Shown here piece after piece: positions 17,893 through 26,817 of a stretch of DNA of 34,624 bases (position 1 is its first letter; the number at the start of each line of letters is the position of its first letter). Where the stretch lies: positions 1-34,624 of the forward strand of contig CADBQA010000111.1 in the NCBI GenBank assembly GCA_902796675.1, read 5' to 3'. The notes below the pieces were generated by a model. It searched no databases. It worked only from the letters and a program-made list of their open reading frames with translations, and was not told where the DNA came from. Made by a program: the position numbers and the translations under genes. Source of the DNA: an uncultured Ruminococcus sp. (GTDB lineage: Bacteria; Bacillota; Clostridia; Oscillospirales; CAG-272).

Positions 17893-20135
17893 TACTGTTT
17901 AATACCGAATGGGAATACCCACCTTCCGGAATGTCCGTCAAAATCATTGCCGAATATCCAGTAAAGCGGATTTACGACGTTGCCGGGCGAGGACGGAAAC
18001 GCGCTGAAGTTCGCGATCCCCGAGCCGAATACCGTACCTTTGATACCGTCGGGTCTCGTCCGTTCGTCGTAGTGATTCTCGTTGTAGAAGTTCCAAAGAC
18101 GCGCGTAGCGGCGCGCATACTCCGCTCTCTCGTCTTCATCGCCGTTTTCGTATTTTTCTGCGTAAGTCGCCGCGAGCCCCATAAAGTCGCAGGAGACGCG
18201 CGCGCTTGAAATACGGAACTCTTCGTCTTCGCCTGACGCCTTTTCTGCCGCCGCGTCGAAGAGCGCGTCCATCTTGTCGTAGTTTTCTCTGAAATACTCC
18301 TCGTTGTAAATATCCCATATCGCGTCGTGGTTGTTAGTCCAGCAGCCGTTTATATCGGACGCGTAGTTTGACATGAAGATATACTCCTTGATCTCACGCC
18401 AGCCCTCTCCGTAGTAGATGGAGAGAAACTCGTCCATGTGACCCCCGTACTCCTCCTCGGACATAAAGGGGTCCCAGAGCATCTTTGAGATAAGATAGGT
18501 GCGAAGATATTCAAAGCTGTAATGAGTCGGCTCCGACGAGCCCTCGGCGTAAACGCCGATCATCCCGCTCTCCGCGAGATATTTTATATCGTCGTAGAAG
18601 TTGAAGAGGTTCGCCGCGGGAGCCATAAAATAGTTGTAGTTCGAGCAATAGTACCAGAAATAGATGTTGTCGGTCAGCTCGAGCCAGTTCGCCATATACG
18701 CCATATCCTTGCCGTTGGCGTAGTTCTCGATCTCGCCCTCGTACTCGACGGGCCCCGCCATGCGCGGGTTGCCGCCCGCCTCCTCGCACTCGTAGGTGTT
18801 GCGGAGGCTGTGGTTGTTGCACCCCGTCGTGCAGAAGCAGACGAGGACGTTGTCGAGCGGGCGGGAATGCCTCGGCGCGACGTTGCCTCCGGCGTACGCT
18901 ATCGTGTAGATATCGAGCCCCGGGAAATCCTTGCCCATCGTGTCGGCGACGCGGTTGCAAAGGCGTATGACAGCCCCCGCGACGCTCTTCTCTTCCTCGT
19001 ATACCGCCTTGCAGGCGGAGCATGTGCAATAATTTGTGTTGTCGTTCGTCGAGCAGGAGATCTGAGTGTAGTGGTAGCCGAAATGCTGACCCCACTCCTT
19101 GCGTTCTTCAATAAGGCGGTAGTTGAAGTCGATGACCGCCTCGTAAGTGTCGTCGCTCGTCATGCAGGGCTGCGACGTGTGATACTTGTTCGTAAAATCG
19201 TTCGCGTACTCGGTATACTTAAGGTCAAAGCCGAGCATCTGATAGGCGAGGGAGTGGGCGTGAATATAGAGAGTGCCGAGACCGCCGCCGTTCCAGTCCT
19301 TGTAGACGCCTCCGCCGTCGAGCGCGTTGACGCGGAGAGTTTCAAAAGTATCGTGCGTCGTTCCCGCCTGGTTGATACCACGGTATTCGAAGAACGGGGT
19401 CCTGCGGTCGAAATAGCCGGACGGCACGTCGAGCGAGGTCGCTTTATAAAGGTAAACGATGTCGGCGGGCAGAAATCTGTAGCCGACGAAGTCCTCGAGG
19501 AAGGAGTACGTCGCGTAGAGCGCGCCGCGCTTCGTTCCCACGATCATATTGAAGTTTCCGTCGTCGTCGAGATCGAAGACGAAGCCCTCCTCGCCGAGGT
19601 CGTACTCGTTCTTATAATCGAAGGCGTATCTTATGTAATATGTGTCGGGCGCGGAAGGCTCGTCCGAAACGTTCAGCGTCACGCCGCACGCGCGGGAGAT
19701 CATTTCTTTGAGGTAGGTCGCCGCGTGGTCTACGGCGGGCGTGAAAACGCCCGCGAGGTCGATGGCGCCCGGCGTCACTATCGTGTATCTCGCGATATTC
19801 CGCCCGCCGATCTTTATCTCGTCGACTTTGTAAAAGCCGTCCTCGTTGTTGCCCTCGGCGTCGTCAAGTCCCGCAATTACGCGGCGCACCTTAAGCACGT
19901 CCTTCGCGTTTACATCAGAGTCCGTCACGACGTCAGCGGCGGCGTGGAAAATATCCTTATCCTCGGTAAGCCCGGAGATAAAACGCCTCATAAGAAGGAT
20001 ATCCTTCGCCGACACGTCGCCGTCGTCGTTCGCGTCGCCCCAGACAAAACCGTGGGTCGCAGACGCCGCCGGCGCCGTCACCACCGGCGCGACGAGAAAC
20101 GAAAGCAACAGAATAAACGCCAAAATCCTTTTCAT
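17892..20135 (-). CDS. Secreted dockerin + DUF4838-like protein (paralogue 3)
   Basis: Same architecture and motifs as its neighbours; start at MKRIL (20135) behind ggtggag. Confidence 0.8.
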   Translation of the reverse strand: MKRILAFILLLSFLVAPVVTAPAASATHGFVWGDANDDGDVSAKDILLMRRFISGLTEDKDIFHAAADVVTDSDVNAKDVLKVRRVIAGLDDAEGNNEDGFYKVDEIKIGGRNIARYTIVTPGAIDLAGVFTPAVDHAATYLKEMISRACGVTLNVSDEPSAPDTYYIRYAFDYKNEYDLGEEGFVFDLDDDGNFNMIVGTKRGALYATYSFLEDFVGYRFLPADIVYLYKATSLDVPSGYFDRRTPFFEYRGINQAGTTHDTFETLRVNALDGGGVYKDWNGGGLGTLYIHAHSLAYQMLGFDLKYTEYANDFTNKYHTSQPCMTSDDTYEAVIDFNYRLIEERKEWGQHFGYHYTQISCSTNDNTNYCTCSACKAVYEEEKSVAGAVIRLCNRVADTMGKDFPGLDIYTIAYAGGNVAPRHSRPLDNVLVCFCTTGCNNHSLRNTYECEEAGGNPRMAGPVEYEGEIENYANGKDMAYMANWLELTDNIYFWYYCSNYNYFMAPAANLFNFYDDIKYLAESGMIGVYAEGSSEPTHYSFEYLRTYLISKMLWDPFMSEEEYGGHMDEFLSIYYGEGWREIKEYIFMSNYASDINGCWTNNHDAIWDIYNEEYFRENYDKMDALFDAAAEKASGEDEEFRISSARVSCDFMGLAATYAEKYENGDEDERAEYARRYARLWNFYNENHYDERTRPDGIKGTVFGSGIANFSAFPSSPGNVVNPLYWIFGNDFDGHSGRWVFPFGIKQ

Positions 20136-20146
20136 ACTCCACCCGC

Positions 20147-20195
20147 TCAATTATCCATTATCAATTATCCATTATCAATTTTCCATTATCAATTA
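20147..20195. repeat. Heptamer tandem repeat (TCMATTA)x7, alternating 14-nt period
   Basis: tcaatta tccatta tcaatta tccatta tcaattt tccatta tcaatta. Confidence 0.95.
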
Positions 20196-22388
20196 TTAAT
20201 GTGTTCCGGTGAATCCCTCTCCGATCCAGTTCAGCGGATCGACGGGGTTCGACGGCGAGGACGGGAAGTTCGCCATTCCGCCGACGCCGACGCCGAACGG
20301 GTTCTCGATGAATCCGCCGTTTGCGTACTTGTCCCAGAGCCACTCGTAGCGCTCGCGGTATTTAGCCCTTGACGCCTCGTCGCCGTTCACGTAGTCGCGC
20401 TCGTAAGTCGCGGAGAGACCGAGAAAGTTCAGCGATACCATCGCGCAGTCGCACTTGATCCTTTGAGAAGCCTCCTTCGCCTCGCGCATCGCTTCGTACA
20501 TCAGAGAATACATCTCCTCGTAGTGCTCTTCAAAGTAGTCCTTATTGTAATAGTTCCAGAAAAAGTCGAAATTGTTCGTCCAGCAGCCGTTGAGATCGCC
20601 GGCGTAATTCGTCATATAAATATACTGCTTGACCTTTTGCCAGCCGTCGCCGAACACGATCCGGAGATACTCGTCCATATACGAGGTGTACTCTTCCTCG
20701 CTCATTCCGGGATCCCACAGCGTCTTGCAAAGCAGGTACGCGCGCATAAACTCAAAGTTATAGTCCATATACGTGTGGTTGCCTTCAACGTATACGCCCT
20801 TGACGCCGAGTTCGGCAAGGTATTTCAAATCGTCCCAGAAATTGAACAGATCGGGAGACGGCGACGCGAAGTGGAAGAACACCGTGGTATAGTACCAGAA
20901 CCACACGTTGTCCGTCAGCTCAAGCCACCCTTCAAGCCAGTCCATATAAGTGCCGTTTGTGACCGGATCATTTCCCAGACCGTACTCCTTCGGCGTAATA
21001 ACGATTTGTTCGGCAAGAGCGCGGTTTCCGCCCGCCTCGTCGCAGGCGTCACGATCGCGAAGAGTGTGATTGTTGCATCCCACGTTACAGAAACAGATCG
21101 TGACTCTCGGGTCGGGACGCGTAGACTTCGGAACGACCTGTGATCCGTAATATACGACGGTATAGACTCCGAGCATGGGGTAATCGGAGCAGATTTTTTC
21201 CGCGACGCGGTTTGAGAGGCGAATGATCGTACCGGCGATGCTGTTTTCCTCTGCATAGACTTTTTTGCAGTTATCGCAGGTGCAGAATTTGCCGCTGTCA
21301 TTTTGAGAACAGGGAACGTGGGTGAAGTCGTAGCCGAGAGTGAGCCCTTTGAGCTCCTGGTAATAGTCTACAAGTTTGTAATTGAAGTCGATGATCTTTT
21401 CATACGTTTTCTCATCCGTCAGGCACGGCTGAGCGGTCGTATCCGACAGAGTTCCGCTTCTCCATTTTTCCCATCCCGCCATCTGATAAACGAACGAATG
21501 GGCGTGAGGAAATACGGGGTTTACTCCTCCGCCGTTTTCGGAAGTGGATTTCGCGTCACCGTCGATCCCGTTTATGCGGAGCTTCGCGTAGTTCGCGCTC
21601 GGTCCGTTCATACCTACCGAGCGGTATTCGAAATCGGGGACCTCTTTGTCATAATATCCGAGCGGCAGATCAATCCCGTCGCTTTCATACAGATAGTTGA
21701 CGTACCCGGTCATAAAGCGGTAACCGACGACGTCCTCGAGGAACGTGTAAGTTCCGTAGAGCGCGCCGCGGTGAGTGCCGCACGTGAAGACGAGGTCGCC
21801 GTCATCGAGCGTTTCGATCACGAAGCCCTCTTTACCGAGCGCTTCCCCGCCGTCTTCATATTCGTATCTTATGAAGTAACCGTCGATATCCTCGTCGCTG
21901 TAGGAGATATTGAGGTCGACGCCGCAGGCGCCGCGGATGTTGTCGCGAAGCTCTCTCGCCGCGAACTGTATCGAGGGGAGGTAAGCCCCGGAGCCCTCCG
22001 GCACGCTGTCGGGACAGATTATCGTGTATCTTGCGATGTTCCGTCCGCCGATCTTTATCTCGTCGACGCGGTACTCCTTATCCTCGTTGTTTTCCTCGGC
22101 GTCGTCAAGACCCGCTATCACGCGGCGTATTTTGAGCACGTCCTTCGCGTTGACGTCGGAGTCGGTCACGACGTCGGCGGCGTCAAAGAATATGGCGCGG
22201 TCGCCCTCGAGCCCCGAAATGTATCGCCTCATAAGAAGGACGTCCTTCGCCGACACGTCTCCGTCGTCGTTCGCGTCGCCCCAGACAAAGCCGTGAGTTG
22301 CGGCAGAGCGCCCGCCGCTCATCACGGCGGGTGCTACCATCATTATCGCTAAAATCAAACAGATCAGTTTTTTCATAAGTTTTTTCAT
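20196..22388 (-). CDS. Secreted dockerin + DUF4838-like protein (paralogue 2)
   Basis: Same architecture; start at MKKL (22388, alternatively 22376). Confidence 0.8.
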   Translation of the reverse strand: MKKLMKKLICLILAIMMVAPAVMSGGRSAATHGFVWGDANDDGDVSAKDVLLMRRYISGLEGDRAIFFDAADVVTDSDVNAKDVLKIRRVIAGLDDAEENNEDKEYRVDEIKIGGRNIARYTIICPDSVPEGSGAYLPSIQFAARELRDNIRGACGVDLNISYSDEDIDGYFIRYEYEDGGEALGKEGFVIETLDDGDLVFTCGTHRGALYGTYTFLEDVVGYRFMTGYVNYLYESDGIDLPLGYYDKEVPDFEYRSVGMNGPSANYAKLRINGIDGDAKSTSENGGGVNPVFPHAHSFVYQMAGWEKWRSGTLSDTTAQPCLTDEKTYEKIIDFNYKLVDYYQELKGLTLGYDFTHVPCSQNDSGKFCTCDNCKKVYAEENSIAGTIIRLSNRVAEKICSDYPMLGVYTVVYYGSQVVPKSTRPDPRVTICFCNVGCNNHTLRDRDACDEAGGNRALAEQIVITPKEYGLGNDPVTNGTYMDWLEGWLELTDNVWFWYYTTVFFHFASPSPDLFNFWDDLKYLAELGVKGVYVEGNHTYMDYNFEFMRAYLLCKTLWDPGMSEEEYTSYMDEYLRIVFGDGWQKVKQYIYMTNYAGDLNGCWTNNFDFFWNYYNKDYFEEHYEEMYSLMYEAMREAKEASQRIKCDCAMVSLNFLGLSATYERDYVNGDEASRAKYRERYEWLWDKYANGGFIENPFGVGVGGMANFPSSPSNPVDPLNWIGEGFTGTH

Positions 22389-22392
22389 ATCT

Positions 22393-24606
22393 TTATCTCT
22401 TTCCGAACCAGTCGTCACCAAGGAGCCAGTTCATAGGGTCGCACGGTTTGTCGGCGTTCGACGGGAAGTTCCACATGCCGCAGACCTTCGTTTCGTCGGC
22501 GATGAACGTGGAGTTCAGCATAAGCTTGCCGCGGTGGTTCCGGCACCAGTTCCAGAGCCATTCGTATCTCTCGCGGTATGCCGCCTGACTCTCGTCCGTT
22601 CCGTCGAGCCAGTCTCTCTCATAGGTCGAGGAGAGACCGAGGAAGGTCACGATGACGCGGAAGGTCTCGACGTGAGATCTTTGGAGCGAGTCCTTCGCGC
22701 CCTTGTCCGCCTCGTCAAGATAGGAGAGGAACTCTTCAAAATGTTCAGCGTAGAAGTCCTTGTCGTATTCGTTCCACGGATAGTCGAAGTTGTTCGTCCA
22801 GCAGCCGAGCGCGTCGGAGGAGTTCTCTGTCATGTAGATATACTTGCCGATGCCTTCCCAGCCGTCTCCGTAGTAGATCATAAGGTACTCGTTGACGAGG
22901 TCGGAATACTCCTCTTCGGTCATTTCGGGGTGCCACATGACCTTCGACATCATATAGTTGCGAAGCTGTTCCGTCGTGTAGTTGACGTAGTCCGCGTCGC
23001 CCTCGAGGTAGAAGCCCTTGACTCCGAGCTCGGTGAGGTATTTGATGTCGTCCCAGAAGTTATAAATGTTGGGAGCGGGGGAAACGTAGAACGACCAGTT
23101 GTCGGTGTAGTACCAATAATATACGTTGTCGGTGAGCTCGAGCCACTCCTTGAGGTATCCCATCCACAGTTCGTTGTTCTGGTTGACCATCGGTCCCTCG
23201 TAGCCGACCTGTGTCTGAAGTCTCGGGTTGCCGCCCGCCTCGGTGCATTCGTCCGCGTGACGGAGCAGGTGGTTGTTGCATCCGGAGCAGCAGAAGCAGA
23301 CGCACACGCGCGGATCGGGGCGCGTCATCTTCGGGGGAACGTGGGCGCCGGCGTAAGCCGCGGTGTAGATGTCGAGCATCGGATATTTCGCGCAGAACTC
23401 ATCAGCCACTCTGTTGCAAAGACGGATGAGCGCGCCGGAGACCGCGCCTTCTTCATCATACGCTCTCTTACAGTTCGCGCAAGTACAGAAGTTGGAGTTG
23501 TCGTTCGCGGAGCAGGAGATCTGCGTGTAGTGGAAGCCGGGGATCTGACCGGCGTCATTCGTTCTCCACTCGACCTGCTTGTAGAGGAAGTCCATGATCT
23601 TCGCGTAAGACGCCTCGCTCGTCATACACATCTGTTTTCCGCCCGCGACGGAGTCGAGATTGGGATCGTTTCTATTCTCAAATCCCGCTTCGAAGTAAAC
23701 GAACGAGTGAGCGTGGATATATGTCGTACCGACCGCGCCGCCTATTTTGCTTGCGTTGTAGTCGCCGTTTCCGTTCTTCGACGCGTCGTTCGCGCCGCCG
23801 TCGGAGGCGTTGACCTTCATCTGCGGGAAATACTTGCCGATATGAGTGCCGATGCCGCGGTACTCGAGCGTCGGTATCTCCTCGTCGAAGTAGCCAGACG
23901 GAACGTCGACGGTCGCGGCTTTATAAAGATACGTTACGGAGTCCGAAAGGAAGCGGTACCCGACGCAGTCCTCGAGGAACGTGTACGTCGCATACGCCGC
24001 CGCGCGGCGCGTGCCGCAGCGGAACGAGAGGTTACCGTCGTCCTTCGCCTCTATCGCAAATCCCTCCTGTCCGAGCTCCTCGTCGAAGGAATACTCAATG
24101 ACGTACCCGGTGACGTTCTTGTCTCCCGTGTAAGCGATATTCAGCTTGATCCCGCAGGCGTCGTTGACGTATTTCTGAAGCTCGGACGCGGCAAACGCGA
24201 CAGCCGTGATCCTCGCGTCCTCAATATTGCTGAGGGCGGGATAGATTATCGTGTATCTCGCGACGTTCCGTCCGCCGATCTTGATCTCATCTATTTTGTA
24301 GGCGCCGTCGGTGTTGTTCTCCTCGGCGTCCTCGAGACCCGCTATCGTGCGGCGGAGCTTCAGAACGTCCTTTGCATTGACGTCCTCGTCAGTCACGACG
24401 TCCGCGGCTTTGAAGAAAATATCCGCGTCTTCCGCAAGGCCCGCGATAAAGCGGCGGGCGAGCAGTACGTCCTTGGCGTTGACGTCGCCGTCGTCGTTAG
24501 CGTCGCCCCACAGAAAACCGTGGGTGACCGCCGCGGCGGGAAGAGCCGAGGCAAAAGCCGTGACGAGCATGACTACTGTCAGAATGATTGCTGCAAGTTT
24601 TTTCAT
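22393..24606 (-). CDS. Secreted dockerin + DUF4838-like protein (paralogue 1)
   Basis: Same architecture; ggaggag RBS. Confidence 0.8.
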   Translation of the reverse strand: MKKLAAIILTVVMLVTAFASALPAAAVTHGFLWGDANDDGDVNAKDVLLARRFIAGLAEDADIFFKAADVVTDEDVNAKDVLKLRRTIAGLEDAEENNTDGAYKIDEIKIGGRNVARYTIIYPALSNIEDARITAVAFAASELQKYVNDACGIKLNIAYTGDKNVTGYVIEYSFDEELGQEGFAIEAKDDGNLSFRCGTRRAAAYATYTFLEDCVGYRFLSDSVTYLYKAATVDVPSGYFDEEIPTLEYRGIGTHIGKYFPQMKVNASDGGANDASKNGNGDYNASKIGGAVGTTYIHAHSFVYFEAGFENRNDPNLDSVAGGKQMCMTSEASYAKIMDFLYKQVEWRTNDAGQIPGFHYTQISCSANDNSNFCTCANCKRAYDEEGAVSGALIRLCNRVADEFCAKYPMLDIYTAAYAGAHVPPKMTRPDPRVCVCFCCSGCNNHLLRHADECTEAGGNPRLQTQVGYEGPMVNQNNELWMGYLKEWLELTDNVYYWYYTDNWSFYVSPAPNIYNFWDDIKYLTELGVKGFYLEGDADYVNYTTEQLRNYMMSKVMWHPEMTEEEYSDLVNEYLMIYYGDGWEGIGKYIYMTENSSDALGCWTNNFDYPWNEYDKDFYAEHFEEFLSYLDEADKGAKDSLQRSHVETFRVIVTFLGLSSTYERDWLDGTDESQAAYRERYEWLWNWCRNHRGKLMLNSTFIADETKVCGMWNFPSNADKPCDPMNWLLGDDWFGKR

Positions 24607-24636
24607 GAGTCTCCTCCGGGATGTTTAGTCAAATTT

Positions 24637-24665
24637 ATTATAACATACTAATAAAGATAAATCAA
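24637..24665 (-). promoter_or_regulatory. SigA promoter for the dockerin-DUF4838 array
   Basis: Minus strand TTGATT-17 nt-TATAAT with extended -10 TG. Confidence 0.7.
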
Positions 24666-24720
24666 TAACCTGCGCGCAAAATAAATAAACATTTAGCGCG
24701 CCGAAAAGTAAATTTCACGC

Positions 24721-24749
24721 TTGACCGCGGTGCGACGTTATGGTATCAT
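24721..24749 (+). promoter_or_regulatory. SigA promoter for the GH3 / dockerin-NAGPA genes
   Basis: TTGACC-17 nt-TATCAT with extended -10 TG. Confidence 0.7.
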
Positions 24750-24773
24750 TAAGATGAAACTGCGAGGTGCTGT

Positions 24774-26801
24774 ATGGATAAATTCAAAAAGGAAGCGGCG
24801 GAGCTTGCCGCGAGAATGACGGACGACGAGCTGATCGGCGTTATCTGCTACGAATCGGCTGCGGCGCCGTCCGTCGGGATACACCGTTACAACTGGTGGA
24901 ACGAGGCGTCTCACGGCGTCGCGAGAAGCGGCGTCGCAACGGTATTTCCCTGCCCGACGGCGCTCGCGGCGACGTTCGACCCCGAGCTTCTTTACAGGGT
25001 CGGTCAAGCCGTTTCCACCGAGGCGAGGGCGAAGTACAACGTCTACGCCGCGCACGGCGAATACGATATATACAAGGGGCTCACCTTCTGGTGCCCGAAC
25101 GTCAATATTTACAGAGACCCGAGATGGGGACGCGGACAGGAGACGTTCGGCGAGGACCCTTGCCTCACGTCGGCTCTCGCGGTGAGCTACATAAAAGGTC
25201 TCCAGGGCGACGGAGAGTTCAGACGCTCATCCGCCTGCGCGAAGCATTTCGCGGTACACTCGGGTCCCGAGAGCCTTCGTCACGGATTCGACGCGAAAGT
25301 CAGCGAAAAGGACCTGCGCGAGACGTACCTCCCCGCTTTCAAAGCGGCGGTCGACGCCGGCGTCGACGGCGTGATGGGCGCTTACAACAGAACGAACGGC
25401 GAGCCGTGCTGCGCGTCGAAAAAGCTCTCGTCCATTCTGTTTGACGAATGGGGTTTCGACGGTTATTTCATGTCCGACAACTACGCGCTCGACGACGTTC
25501 ACGGCGAGCACGGATACACGAAAGACGCCGCAGAGACGGCGGCGGCGGCGCTGAACGCCGGTCTCGTTCTCGACTGCGCGTTCATCTATAAGAATTTTAC
25601 AAAGGAAGCGATGGAGCGCGGTCTCGTGTCGCGCGAGGCAGTCGAGCGCGCGGCGGCGAAAACGCTCGAGATAAGAGCGCGGCTCGGAGAGTTTGAAGAG
25701 GAGCGGCCGTACTCCGATATCGACCGCGACGAGGTCGACTCGGAAGAGATGCGCCGTCTGAATCTCGAGGCGGCGAAAGAGAGCCTTGTGCTTCTCGAAT
25801 GTCAGAATAAATATGCAATATTAGAGAATAAAGATACAATTAAAAGGATCGCGGTCATCGGTCCGAACGCGGACAGCCGCGACGTTCTCGTCGGCAATTA
25901 CAACGGCAGGCCGACGGAGTATTCCACGGTATACGGGGCGATGAAAGAGGTCTTCCCCGACGCCGCCGTAAAGTTCGCCGAGGGGTGTCTCCACATTACG
26001 GAGGACGCAAACTCGATCTTCGGCTGCGGCGATATGATCTCCGAGGGAGTAGAAGAAGCGCGCCGCGCGGATCTCACCGTCGTCTGTCTCGGTCTCGACG
26101 CGACGCTCGAGGGTGAGGAAAGTCAGATGGAAAACGAGGTCATTTCCGGCGGCGACAGAAAGACGATAGGTCTTCCCGCGACTCAAAAAAAACTTCTTCA
26201 CGAGGTCATCGGAGTATGTAAAAACGTCGTTGTCGTGACCTTCTGCGGAGGGTCGATCGACATCGGCGACGAGGCGCGCGAAAAAGCCCTCGCGCACATC
26301 CACGCCTGGTATCCGGGCGCCCGCGGAGGCGAGGCGATAGCGCGCGCGATAGCGGGAGAATACACCCTCACCGGAAAACTTCCCGTCACGTTTTACAAAG
26401 AGGGGGCGCCTCTTCCCGATTTCACCGATTATTCGATGGCGCGCCGTACAAGATTCTCAGACCCGGAATCAGTCCTCTACCCCTTCGGCTACGGTCTGAC
26501 GCTCGCAAAACCGGACGCGAAAATCACAAGCGTCACGAAAACCCGCCGAGGCGTCACGGTGACGGTCGAGGCGAAAAATCACACCGATAAAGAGGCGCGG
26601 CTCCCCCTCGCCATATATACGAACAAGGGAGAAAATATACCCGAAAGATGCTTCGCTCTCTGTGCCGTCGAATCCGTGACTCTGTCGGCAGGAGAGAGGC
26701 GAGAAATATCCGTCGAAATACCGAAAGAGGCGTACCTGCCGTACGGAGAAGACGGCAGACAGTACGAGTCTAAAAACGAATATTTATTCATTTGCAGATA
26801 G
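24774..26801 (+). CDS. Glycoside hydrolase family 3 (beta-xylosidase/beta-glucosidase type), no signal peptide
   Basis: WWNEASHGV, RDPRWGRGQETFGEDP, AKHFAVH, MGAYN, nucleophile in MSD, AWYPG..GG, YPFGYGL, Fn3-like C-terminus. Confidence 0.93.
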   Translation: MDKFKKEAAELAARMTDDELIGVICYESAAAPSVGIHRYNWWNEASHGVARSGVATVFPCPTALAATFDPELLYRVGQAVSTEARAKYNVYAAHGEYDIYKGLTFWCPNVNIYRDPRWGRGQETFGEDPCLTSALAVSYIKGLQGDGEFRRSSACAKHFAVHSGPESLRHGFDAKVSEKDLRETYLPAFKAAVDAGVDGVMGAYNRTNGEPCCASKKLSSILFDEWGFDGYFMSDNYALDDVHGEHGYTKDAAETAAAALNAGLVLDCAFIYKNFTKEAMERGLVSREAVERAAAKTLEIRARLGEFEEERPYSDIDRDEVDSEEMRRLNLEAAKESLVLLECQNKYAILENKDTIKRIAVIGPNADSRDVLVGNYNGRPTEYSTVYGAMKEVFPDAAVKFAEGCLHITEDANSIFGCGDMISEGVEEARRADLTVVCLGLDATLEGEESQMENEVISGGDRKTIGLPATQKKLLHEVIGVCKNVVVVTFCGGSIDIGDEAREKALAHIHAWYPGARGGEAIARAIAGEYTLTGKLPVTFYKEGAPLPDFTDYSMARRTRFSDPESVLYPFGYGLTLAKPDAKITSVTKTRRGVTVTVEAKNHTDKEARLPLAIYTNKGENIPERCFALCAVESVTLSAGERREISVEIPKEAYLPYGEDGRQYESKNEYLFICR

Positions 26802-26817
26802 TTAAGGAGGCGGCTGA

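Noticed and set aside
14468-24606. Integron- or shufflon-like system (recombinase beside a paralogue array)
   Set aside because: The recombinase looks like housekeeping XerC coupled to tgt; no attC-like or inverted crossover sites; every paralogue is complete with its own signal peptide
15565-24606. Diversity-generating retroelement
   Set aside because: No reverse transcriptase and no template/variable repeat pair with adenine-specific differences seen
18522-24651. Very long antisense ORFs (616 aa at 18522-20372, 705 aa at 22534-24651, and similar ones elsewhere)
   Set aside because: Mirror frames of genuine genes, kept open by high-GC3 codon bias; V/R/L-rich, with no motifs or RBS
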